Positions 37,710 through 46,539 of a stretch of 64,000 nucleotides of DNA are shown here, in pieces. A program made the translations under genes and the position numbers. The notes beneath the pieces were generated by a model, which was not told the origin of the DNA, did no database searches, and saw only the letters and a list, made by a program, of their open reading frames with translations. Every line of letters begins with the position of its first letter. Position 1 is the first letter of the stretch. Source of the DNA: Candidatus Uhrbacteria bacterium (GTDB lineage Bacteria; Patescibacteriota; Patescibacteriia; JACQRZ01); contig JACQSB010000007.1 of the NCBI GenBank assembly GCA_016206175.1, positions 8,639-72,638 on the forward strand, read 5' to 3'.

Positions 37710-39188
37710 TCAAGAAAGGACGGGAGTTTTCTTATGCCATTCGGTTGATTGCTCGTAGGCATACCCGACGCGCAAGATCATTGCTTCATCAAAGTGGCGT
37801 CCAAGCAGTTGCAATCCGATGGGGAGTTGCTTGCCACCTTTGTCGGCATAGCCGCACGGCACGACAAGCCCGGGGATGCCGGCAATATTTGCTGACACGG
37901 TAAAAACATCTGCAAGATACATGGTTAATGGATCGTCAGTGCGCTCCCCTATCTTAAATGCCACGACAGGCGAAGCCGGGGTCGCGATGCAGTCAACCTC
38001 GCGGAATGCGTTGTCAAAGTCACGGCGCACTTGCAGGCGGACTGCTTGCGCTTTTTTATAGTATGCATCGTAGTAGCCTGCCGCAAGGGCGTATGTTCCA
38101 AGCATGATGCGGCGGCGCGTTTCTTGCCCAAACCCCTGGCCGCGGGACAGCCGATACACTTCATCGAGATTTTTTGCTTCCGGAGCTGTAAAGCCGTATC
38201 GAATGCCATCGAAACGAGCAAGGTTTGCGCTGGCTTCTGCCGGCTGCAAAATGTAATATACTGCAAGCGCGTATTTCGAAAGGGGCAATGTGATGGGTAC
38301 AATCTTCGCGCCAAGCGATTCGAGTTGCGTAATCGCTGCACGCACGGCTGCCACTACGTCAGTATCCATGCCGTCGATAAAATAATCTTCCGGCACCCCT
38401 ATTTTCAAACCTTGTATCGAATGAAAAATCTCTCCGACAATCGGTTTTGAAGGCGCTGCCATACTGCTTGCATCAAGTGGATCAGGTCCTTTGATCGCGT
38501 CAAAGACGATTGCGGCATCTTCAACTGTCTTTGTAAGCGGACCGATCTGGTCAAGCGATGATGCGAGCGCTATGACTCCGCTACGCGAAACAGCGCCATA
38601 GGTTGGTTTTAATCCGACAATGCCGCACAAGCTCGCCGGCTGGCGGATCGATCCACCGGTATCAGACCCAAGAGCATAGACGCACTCATCGGCTGCAACA
38701 GCTGCGGCAGATCCGCCCGAAGATCCGCCGGGCACGCACGAAAGGTCATGGGGATTTTTTGTCGATCCGTATGCCGAATTTTCCGTTGACGAACCCATTG
38801 CGAATTCGTCAAGATTCGTTTTGCCTAAAAAAACCGTTTTTGCTTTGCGCAATGCGCTAACAACGGTGGCATCATAAGAGCCATGATATGAATCCAAAAT
38901 CTTCGAAGCCGCTGTTGTCCGTCCGCCTGCAACGAGAAGATTATCTTTCAATGCCGCCGGCACGCCTTCCAATAAACCGATGCTGCTGCCAGACGCAATG
39001 TTACTGTCCACCGCGTCTGCTTGCGCGCGCGCTTCATCCCCTGTGACAGTCAAAAACGAATGAATGCCGCCATCGAGTTCTTCGATACGTCTCAAATAAA
39101 GATCCGTGATCTCACGACAAGAAAACTCTTTGTTACGTAATCCGTCATGCACTTCTTTGATGGTACGCGCTGGCAGTGGCGTTGGCAT
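37710..39188 (-). CDS. gatA: Glu-tRNA(Gln)/Asp-tRNA(Asn) amidotransferase subunit A
   Basis: Amidase signature GGSSGGSAAAVAA with a Ser-cisSer-Lys triad context. Confidence 0.9.
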   Translation of the reverse strand: MPTPLPARTIKEVHDGLRNKEFSCREITDLYLRRIEELDGGIHSFLTVTGDEARAQADAVDSNIASGSSIGLLEGVPAALKDNLLVAGGRTTAASKILDSYHGSYDATVVSALRKAKTVFLGKTNLDEFAMGSSTENSAYGSTKNPHDLSCVPGGSSGGSAAAVAADECVYALGSDTGGSIRQPASLCGIVGLKPTYGAVSRSGVIALASSLDQIGPLTKTVEDAAIVFDAIKGPDPLDASSMAAPSKPIVGEIFHSIQGLKIGVPEDYFIDGMDTDVVAAVRAAITQLESLGAKIVPITLPLSKYALAVYYILQPAEASANLARFDGIRYGFTAPEAKNLDEVYRLSRGQGFGQETRRRIMLGTYALAAGYYDAYYKKAQAVRLQVRRDFDNAFREVDCIATPASPVVAFKIGERTDDPLTMYLADVFTVSANIAGIPGLVVPCGYADKGGKQLPIGLQLLGRHFDEAMILRVGYAYEQSTEWHKKTPVLS

Positions 39189-39194
39189 ACTACA

Positions 39195-39509
39195 CTAGGA
39201 AGAAAACACTCCTTTGACTTTTAAGAAATCGCCTGCTCTGTCAGGCATGCTATCAAGAAGGCGCTTGCGCGTTTCATCGTCGCATCCGACAAGGGCATCA
39301 TCTGCATTCCCGTTCCGCAACCCTTCTACGGGGTACTCATAAGCTACATCTGCCGTATCGATTTCTTGCAGTTGCGACACATACTCAAGAATGGAAGAAA
39401 GCTGGGTTGAAAACCGATCTTCTTCCGCTTCAGAAAGGTCAAGACGCGCAAGTTTTGCAATATGTTGAATGTCTTTTTTTGTAAGCGCCATAGTTTCCCC
39501 AGTATACAC
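39195..39509 (-). CDS. gatC: Glu-tRNA(Gln)/Asp-tRNA(Asn) amidotransferase subunit C
   Basis: GatC pattern IAKLARLDLSEAEEDRF...L..V..L; adjacent to gatA. The start may be the ATG at about 39491. Confidence 0.8.
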   Translation of the reverse strand: MYTGETMALTKKDIQHIAKLARLDLSEAEEDRFSTQLSSILEYVSQLQEIDTADVAYEYPVEGLRNGNADDALVGCDDETRKRLLDSMPDRAGDFLKVKGVFSS

Positions 39510-39600
39510 AATGGAAAAAAAAAGAAAAGGAGTAGCCGATGAGCTTCCCTCCGGCTACCCCGTGCAGGAAAAATCGTGCCGAAACACGAAATGGAACCTA

Positions 39601-40791
39601 TTATTCTGTGCTATCAGGTGAAATGATTTTTGCCGTAATCGCATACAGTGCCCGTGCGACCACGTCCGAAGGATCATCTGCCGGATCACCGTCAACCGAA
39701 TCCATGACCTCGACATACTGCTCTTGCTCCACCCATAGCGTCCATGGCATCACACGGTAAATTGCCGCAGGCGCTTGAGGACCGTAGGGGAAAAAGAGAA
39801 GCAGCGAACCGACAGTCACGGGACGCGTTCGCGAGATTGCCTTGAAGGCGTACGGTTGGTACTGCGGATACATGAGATCATCCGTCCGCCGGCTGTGGAA
39901 GACGCCGATGGTATGGAAGAGCTCATGCGTCATGACTTTTGCCACCCGCTCGCGCATGAAACGCGTAATCGCGCTAGGAGAAAAATGGCCCTCTTGCAAT
40001 GCACGCAGCGAGTTTCGCATCTCCTCGACAGAAAGCAGGATTCGGACATCTGTCATGGAGCGATGATAAATTCCGAACTCCGGAATGTAGGTCACGTCCT
40101 GAAGTTTGGCAGCGACCCTGCCGATCGTCGAGTTGCCGAACGTACCCTCTGGCCGGCCGGCATACACTCGAGGTACAGCTGCGAGCCGTTCTGTCATCTG
40201 GACAGGGATAGAATACTCCTCCTTCGAAGGAGTTGCGTCTGCAGGCCGGCAGCGAATCTTGGTGCGACGTTCGAATGCGGCAGTGGCATCTGTGATTCCA
40301 AGCCTGATGCTTTCTCGATAGACAAACAGTTGCGTGCCGAGTGTTGCTTCATCAAGCTTTGGCAGCACGATTGTCATGCCGGCGGAAAGCGCGACTGCTT
40401 CGTTGGTCACGATCGCAAACCGATCGAACAGCACCTCGCTGTCGTAGCTGACCACTTCGCGTGCAAGCACCATTTGATACACGTGCCGGCGTGTAAGTTC
40501 GATGTCGTCGCGCGACAATCCGAACCGTTTGCATGTTTGATCATCGAGACCATCAAGCAACCGCAAAAAGGGAGCGTTGGCAAGGGCAAGTTCCTGTCGA
40601 GCTGTCAGTTGCCGCGCCTCTACGGAAAAACCGCCAGGGGTTTGCGCATCCGGATTTGCTGGTCGCTGCTGCGTTGACCGGTCGGATGCCGCCACCTGAT
40701 TGAACGTGGCAACCGGATCAGAAGGCGCTGCCCGACTTAAAGCAACAGCACAGAACAAAATGAAAACGAACAAACGCTTCACCACAACCAA
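39601..40791 (-). CDS. Secreted zinc metalloprotease with matrixin-type (metzincin) motif
   Basis: Signal peptide; HELFHTIGVFHSRRTDDLMYP matches HExxHxxGxxHS...LMYP (zinc triad plus Met-turn). Confidence 0.6.
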   Translation of the reverse strand: MVVVKRLFVFILFCAVALSRAAPSDPVATFNQVAASDRSTQQRPANPDAQTPGGFSVEARQLTARQELALANAPFLRLLDGLDDQTCKRFGLSRDDIELTRRHVYQMVLAREVVSYDSEVLFDRFAIVTNEAVALSAGMTIVLPKLDEATLGTQLFVYRESIRLGITDATAAFERRTKIRCRPADATPSKEEYSIPVQMTERLAAVPRVYAGRPEGTFGNSTIGRVAAKLQDVTYIPEFGIYHRSMTDVRILLSVEEMRNSLRALQEGHFSPSAITRFMRERVAKVMTHELFHTIGVFHSRRTDDLMYPQYQPYAFKAISRTRPVTVGSLLLFFPYGPQAPAAIYRVMPWTLWVEQEQYVEVMDSVDGDPADDPSDVVARALYAITAKIISPDSTE

Positions 40792-40941
40792 TCTCCTCTC
40801 TCCATGCCTATGGCTTTATACGCCACGGCTTTTTACACTAGGTGGATGAGAACGAGAACGATGAATCTATAAAAACTATGGTGAACGTACGGTACTTCAA
40901 TCGTACCATATCGTGCTGCAAAAAGGAATGAATATCTCTCC

Positions 40942-43017
40942 CTACCCAAGAAGCCGAATGAAATCCTCCTCATTCAGAACAGGGACGCCCAATTTTTTTG
41001 CTTTGTCATATTTCGAACCGGAATCTGCGCCTACCACAACGTAATGAGTCATCTTGCTCACAGACGAAGAAACTGTTCCGCCGCGAGCTCGGATCTTTTC
41101 TTTTGCTTGTTCGCGCGTAAAGGATGTAAATTTTCCGGTAAGCACAAACGTTGCCCCTTCAAGCTTTGTATCTCGCTTGGCGGATACTGCAGTGACGATC
41201 ACGCCACGCTTCCCGATCTTTTCAAGAAAAGACTGATTTTTCTTGTCACGAAAATACTCAGCCACGCTTGCAGCAACAACGTTGCCGATATTCGGTACTG
41301 CTTCGATCTGTTCTTGCGATGCAGCTTGCAATGCAGCAAGTGAGCCGAAGTGATCAGCAAGGTCGAGGGCGGTTTGTTCACCGACATGCCGGATACCAAG
41401 CGCATACAAAAAACGAGACAATTCGATATGCTTGCGCGCAGAAATGGCGTCAATGATATTTTGCGCCTTTTTTGTCGCGAATCGTTCCAGTGGTTCGAGG
41501 TCTCCCTTTTTGAGTGTGAAAAGGTCCGCTGCCGTCTGTATCAGACCGCTATTCATCAGCTGTTCGATAATCTTTTCTCCAAGCCCTTCGATGTTAAATG
41601 CTTTTTTTGAAACGAAATGAATGATCGCCTCTTTTTCTTGTCCGAAACAGTGTTTATGCACACAGTAAAGCGCGACTTCTCCGGGATGCCGTACAACCGC
41701 TGAACCGCATATGGGACAGTGCTGCGGAGCATGGATCTGATGCTCGTTTCCGCTCCGCATCTCTGACAACACCCTTACGACTTTTGGGATAATGTCTCCA
41801 GCTTTTTCTATGATAACGGTATCGTTGATCTTTACGCCGAGCCGTTTGATCTCATCTATGTTATGAAGCGTTGCGTTCGTCACTGTAGTCCCTGCAACCA
41901 CGACGGGTTGGAAGTGTGCGACCGGTGTGAGAGCGCCGGTGCGGCCCACTTGGAAGGTGACATCCTCAATAACTGTCGTCGCCTGCTCGGCGGGAAATTT
42001 ATATGCTACCTGCCCGCGATGCGCTTTGCCTGCCACGCCCAACTTTTCAAATAAGGAATTGGAATTTATCACAACGACGACGCCATCAGTCCAATAATCG
42101 AGCGAGGAGCGTTTGACACGCCACCTTTCATGATATGCTTCAGCTTCGGCGAGGGTCTTGCAATACTGATTGTGCGGGTTGCACTTCACGCCAAGCAGCT
42201 GCATCGCTTCATGTGCTTGTTCATGCGTACTGATGCCGAAAGAAGCTTCGTCAAGCAACGCATAGCCGAAAAAATCAAGCCGTCGAGCGGCTGTGATCTG
42301 CGGATCAAGCTGGCGGATACTGCCGGCAGAGGCGTTGCGTGGATTTGCAAATGCCGGCAGTCCCGCCTTTTGCTGTTCTCGATTGAGTGCGTCAAATGAC
42401 TTTTTGCGCATAAATACTTCCCCCCGCACTTCAATCGTGCCGCTATGCGATTGTATGCGGCTGCGGAATTTTTTTTCGTCAAGATGCGGTGAAAACTTTT
42501 TCAGAAATGCCAACAATTCTTTTTCTTCGGGAACGCGGAAGTGCAATGGGATCGCCTCGATTGTTTTTAGATTTTGCGTGACGTCTTCCCCCTCACGGCC
42601 ATCTCCACGGGTTGACCCAACCGTAAATTCCCCATTGTGATATTCCAGTGATACGGCAAGGCCATCCATCTTCAATTCTGCATAATAATCGCATGCAGCA
42701 GATGGCTTGAATCGATGAAGCCGCCCTTGCCATTCTTGCAATTCATCAAATGAAAAAACGTCCTCCATGGAAAGCATGGCGGAGGCGTGGCGGACTTTGC
42801 GAAACTTCGAGAGCGCCGCGCCTCCGACGCGCTGCGTCGGCGAAGAGGGAGTGACAAAATCAGGAAATTGTTGCTCGAGTAGATAGAGTTCATGCTTCAA
42901 TGAATCAAGCGCTGCGTCAGAGATCTCTTGACGATCGCGCACATGATAGAGATAGCGATGATATTCGACGGTCGCACGCAGACGCTCAATGCGTTTTTTC
43001 GCTTCCTGCCTTGTCAT
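40942..43017 (-). CDS. ligA: NAD-dependent DNA ligase
   Basis: Adenylation motif KMDGLA, OB fold, Zn-finger Cys4, HhH and BRCT regions. Confidence 0.9.
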   Translation of the reverse strand: MTRQEAKKRIERLRATVEYHRYLYHVRDRQEISDAALDSLKHELYLLEQQFPDFVTPSSPTQRVGGAALSKFRKVRHASAMLSMEDVFSFDELQEWQGRLHRFKPSAACDYYAELKMDGLAVSLEYHNGEFTVGSTRGDGREGEDVTQNLKTIEAIPLHFRVPEEKELLAFLKKFSPHLDEKKFRSRIQSHSGTIEVRGEVFMRKKSFDALNREQQKAGLPAFANPRNASAGSIRQLDPQITAARRLDFFGYALLDEASFGISTHEQAHEAMQLLGVKCNPHNQYCKTLAEAEAYHERWRVKRSSLDYWTDGVVVVINSNSLFEKLGVAGKAHRGQVAYKFPAEQATTVIEDVTFQVGRTGALTPVAHFQPVVVAGTTVTNATLHNIDEIKRLGVKINDTVIIEKAGDIIPKVVRVLSEMRSGNEHQIHAPQHCPICGSAVVRHPGEVALYCVHKHCFGQEKEAIIHFVSKKAFNIEGLGEKIIEQLMNSGLIQTAADLFTLKKGDLEPLERFATKKAQNIIDAISARKHIELSRFLYALGIRHVGEQTALDLADHFGSLAALQAASQEQIEAVPNIGNVVAASVAEYFRDKKNQSFLEKIGKRGVIVTAVSAKRDTKLEGATFVLTGKFTSFTREQAKEKIRARGGTVSSSVSKMTHYVVVGADSGSKYDKAKKLGVPVLNEEDFIRLLG

Positions 43018-44036
43018 TGGGATGTTGTGCCCCCCTTCTTTACTTGCTCTTCGCTAAAGAGCACATAATCAAAGATCCCGCCGGCACTATTCTTTCCGGG
43101 CACGATCGCGCGGTACATGCTTTGTGAGATAGTGCGAAAAGTTCCTTGCGGCTGAAACAAAAAATAATTCGGTATCTCCAATGGATTGCTGTTTGCTCCG
43201 AGGTCGGAGTGTATCGTCGCAACCGTTCCCTGAACATCGCGAAATAGCGCCTTGATGCGTACCAACATAGGCTTCGATTGTCCTCCGAATCCTTTTGGTA
43301 CGAGCTCGCCAATACGAAGAATGACTGTGTTGGCATCACCGGGATCAAGAAATTCTTTAACCACTTGCGCCGATGACCAATCAACCGCGCCCTCCTCCCA
43401 TACCACAATACTGACTTCAAATTGCGGATTGGGAGACCCTTCACATTGGTCAACATACGGACAGGGAGACGAAATCCATGCAAGCCGCAACGATTCAAGA
43501 TTTTGAACGCCTTTCATTTCATTCCCATCCACACGATAGAGGCCGAATTCCACTGTCTCGTTTTTTTGCAAAAGTGTTTTTTCAAGCACCGTAATGCTAT
43601 TTTTGAATCGCGTTGCATCAGCGGTATTCTCAAGCGTCCAACCCATACCTGAAGGAAACTCTCCGTCGGCTGATTTTGTCTTTCGTAAGGTCATTCTCCC
43701 TTCCTTCCGTACCTGATGGAGCCCACTTTCAATACCGGATTCTGCTGCATAGGAAGCGATGGTGGAATGATCGATGGAGCGCGCCTGGCGGATCGAGCTC
43801 ACGACGAAAAGCGCAAACTCGGCGCTCACGATCATAATGCCGGATCCGATGATGAGAGTCATAACCAACACACTGGCGGGAAAAAAAACGCAAAAACCCC
43901 AGCGAGGTTTTTGCCTCGCTTTATCTTGCCTTGCATCCGTTCGGCTTTGGAGATGTACGACGTTTTTGGATCCCCGTCCTCGCCTTCGCAAGGGCAAACT
44001 TTCGAGTCGCGGGGATGACAATTTAATATTCCTCAT
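43014..44036 (-). CDS. Membrane-anchored hypothetical protein in pilin-like cluster
   Basis: Hydrophobic N-terminal helix MTLIIGSGIMIVSAEFALFVV. The true start is probably internal. Follows the pseudopilin genes. Confidence 0.4.
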   Translation of the reverse strand: MRNIKLSSPRLESLPLRRRGRGSKNVVHLQSRTDARQDKARQKPRWGFCVFFPASVLVMTLIIGSGIMIVSAEFALFVVSSIRQARSIDHSTIASYAAESGIESGLHQVRKEGRMTLRKTKSADGEFPSGMGWTLENTADATRFKNSITVLEKTLLQKNETVEFGLYRVDGNEMKGVQNLESLRLAWISSPCPYVDQCEGSPNPQFEVSIVVWEEGAVDWSSAQVVKEFLDPGDANTVILRIGELVPKGFGGQSKPMLVRIKALFRDVQGTVATIHSDLGANSNPLEIPNYFLFQPQGTFRTISQSMYRAIVPGKNSAGGIFDYVLFSEEQVKKGGTTSQ

Positions 44037-44659
44037 CGTCGATATTCACGTGATGAAATAGTTGTTTGCACGGAAAGATTCGCTGTTTCTTTGAATCCTT
44101 TAATCTGTGCTGTGGCGTCAAAAATAACTGTCACTTTCGGCTGTTTATCGTTGGCGTATTCGTTCTTGTCATTCATCACAAACGGTGTCTGGTCTGGTGT
44201 AATATAAAAGCGGAGTTTATTGATTTTCACGCCTTGTGATGACGCGACACTCCACGTCTGGCCATTGTCGTCGCTTATGATGAGACATGGCTTGCTCTTT
44301 TCATCAAGACAAATATCCGGCTCAAGCTCAACGGTCCCCCCCTGGCCAAAACGCAAAATCGATCCGTCAAACCGTTTGAGCGCAAGTTGGTCATTCCCAA
44401 CATCCAGATCGATTGGCGTCACACATAATCCAAGATTGCCACGCAAATCCTGGTAACAGCCAAAATCAATACCGCCTCCCGACAACGCCTGTGTGATCGT
44501 CTGGAGCAAGTAGCGGGCATCAGCGTGCAGCTTTTCGGTAGCAGCCACTTTTCGCTGTGCTTGCTGCGCGCGCACGAAGATATCGACTGCACCAGCAAGA
44601 AGGAGGGTAAAAACAAAAATAACTACAAGGAGCTCCATGAATGTGAAGCCGGGAAGCAT
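44033..44659 (-). CDS. Prepilin-type N-terminal cleavage/methylation domain protein (pseudopilin)
   Basis: Class III signal MLPG|FTFMELLVVIFVFTLLLAGAV, with Glu at +5 after the cleavage Gly. Confidence 0.65.
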   Translation of the reverse strand: MLPGFTFMELLVVIFVFTLLLAGAVDIFVRAQQAQRKVAATEKLHADARYLLQTITQALSGGGIDFGCYQDLRGNLGLCVTPIDLDVGNDQLALKRFDGSILRFGQGGTVELEPDICLDEKSKPCLIISDDNGQTWSVASSQGVKINKLRFYITPDQTPFVMNDKNEYANDKQPKVTVIFDATAQIKGFKETANLSVQTTISSREYRR

Positions 44660-44748
44660 AGCCCGTCGCAACAATCGGCTCGTATCCACTCGCCTACTTC
44701 GGTGCCTATTCACGGGATGATAGAAGATTGCTTTTGTGTTGCTCATCG

Positions 44749-46050
44749 CTATCTCCAGTTATAGAGTTGTTCAACAACTGTCGTTGACTGTGTTCCTCCT
44801 GCTCCTTGCCAGCCAGTTTCAGAGATTACTCGGATACCGATCTTTTCGCCCGCTCCCGTGCAATCGATTACCTGCCGTATCTGCTCCGAGCCATCCGCAT
44901 CTTGGCAGATAGGATCAAATCGGATGCGGCGAAAATACGGCGTACGGCTTACGTCCGATCCAGGATTTTCAAGTTGGAGAAACCGTCCATCGTTCTTTTG
45001 GTAGATGCGAAAAATATCGGTAAAAATGGCGTTGTCATCACCACATGACGTCACAAACCGAAATCCATCCATCGTATCATTCAGCACAGCACAACGATCC
45101 TGATCGCCCACCAATCCGGCGTCCCATTGCTCGATTTTTATCCAATTCGCATCACGGACGTTTCGTGCGATTTCGATTCCTTCACGCGCAAGATTTGACG
45201 CCACGAGACGGATGCTACCGATTGTCTGGTTACGGACATTTGCCGTGGTGAGCCCCAATACGCCGACAAGACCGACAGCAAGAATAAAAGTAGCGGCGAT
45301 AAGTTCGATCAACGTCTGGCCAGATGCGACTATACTCTTCCTTCTGATGAGAATGTCGCCAAATAGTTCCGGTTGCGCTACTTCAATCCACCGTTGCTTA
45401 ACTAACTCTAATACTGCCAAAAAACTGACAATGATCTCCGTGCGAGAACGCGCGTGAGAAAGGGTGTGGAGAAATGAGAGTGATGAACCATGCTGCGCCA
45501 TATCTTTGAGAAGCGCCATTTTTTCTTGGATCGTAATGCCGGGGTCAAAATGGATACGAACAGGCGGTTTTTCTATGGCTGTATGCTGCAAAAGTGAAGT
45601 GAATGCCTGACGGAGCGTTTCCGGTTTCACTTTTTTGGGAGGCAAAAAAATCTGTTTGTCATGTTCAAGGGAAAACGGCCGGAAGTATGCGACACGGTTT
45701 TGTCCGAGAATCTGTTCAAGCTGTTTTGCCGCTCGATGGTATTCTTGGTATATCTTGAGTTGAGTTTTTAAATCTTCGATTTCTGCCTCATCCTCTTTGG
45801 TGAGATACGGCAGAAGGAGTTTTGATTTGATATAAATAAGCTTTGCTGCGATAACGAGAAAATCCGCGAGTTCGGACGCGCGGATGTGGTCCGCAAGCTG
45901 CGCAATGCGTTCAAGGTACTGATCGGTGACCGCGGCGAGCGACAAAGCGGTGATGTCAAGCTTTTCAGCTTCAATCAACTCTAGCAGCACATCGAGCGGC
46001 CCTTCAAATTGTTCAACTTTTACGGCGAGCACGGCGGTTCTTTTTCTTGA
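44749..46050 (-). CDS. scpA: Segregation/condensation protein A (ScpA kleisin) continuing in frame into a prepilin-like domain
   Basis: N-terminus FEGPLDVLLELIEAEKLDI with a C-terminal winged helix ending ...FGDILIRRK. No stop before ...SIVASG|QTLIELIAATFILAVGLVGV (class III signal-like) and a roughly 180-aa pilin-like tail. Start is probably the GTG near 46050. Confidence 0.55.
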   Translation of the reverse strand, partial: SRKRTAVLAVKVEQFEGPLDVLLELIEAEKLDITALSLAAVTDQYLERIAQLADHIRASELADFLVIAAKLIYIKSKLLLPYLTKEDEAEIEDLKTQLKIYQEYHRAAKQLEQILGQNRVAYFRPFSLEHDKQIFLPPKKVKPETLRQAFTSLLQHTAIEKPPVRIHFDPGITIQEKMALLKDMAQHGSSLSFLHTLSHARSRTEIIVSFLAVLELVKQRWIEVAQPELFGDILIRRKSIVASGQTLIELIAATFILAVGLVGVLGLTTANVRNQTIGSIRLVASNLAREGIEIARNVRDANWIKIEQWDAGLVGDQDRCAVLNDTMDGFRFVTSCGDDNAIFTDIFRIYQKNDGRFLQLENPGSDVSRTPYFRRIRFDPICQDADGSEQIRQVIDCTGAGEKIGIRVISETGWQGAGGTQSTTVVEQLYNWR

Positions 46051-46522
46051 TTTGTTTTTTTGGTACGCCAAACACCCCGACGATCGGATTTTCAAAACGC
46101 AAAAAATCCTTCACATGCACCAGAACGGATTCTTTGAAACTCCCGCCGGAAAGCACCAATCGCTTTTGTTTCAACAGTTTCCGATCAAGAAATACCGGCA
46201 GCTTATAAAGGCTGCCAAACGAAGAAAGCGGCCCTTTTGAGACTTTGATCTTTTTTACCATTTCCCGTTCGGTGGGTATCGATACTTTTTTTACTGAAGC
46301 GACCTTACCAAGTTTTTTTGAGTCAAGCTGGCTTGCTGCGGAAAGCAATGCGACCGCCAATCCCTTATCGGTCTTGATGAGCAACGTTTTTACCACCTGT
46401 GTTAAAGGAACATGAAGAGTAGCCGCCAAATCAAAGGCGGTGTATACAACACGATGTTTGAGCGTGTCGTACTTCACCCGTGCAGCATCCAATGCTTTTG
46501 TGAGCTTTTTTGATAGTGGCAT
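46013..46522 (-). CDS. YbaK/ProX-family aminoacyl-tRNA deacylase
   Basis: YbaK-like fold pattern; basic C-terminal tail. Confidence 0.65.
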   Translation of the reverse strand: MPLSKKLTKALDAARVKYDTLKHRVVYTAFDLAATLHVPLTQVVKTLLIKTDKGLAVALLSAASQLDSKKLGKVASVKKVSIPTEREMVKKIKVSKGPLSSFGSLYKLPVFLDRKLLKQKRLVLSGGSFKESVLVHVKDFLRFENPIVGVFGVPKKQIKKKNRRARRKS

Positions 46523-46539
46523 GGCATAGGTTTTAGACC

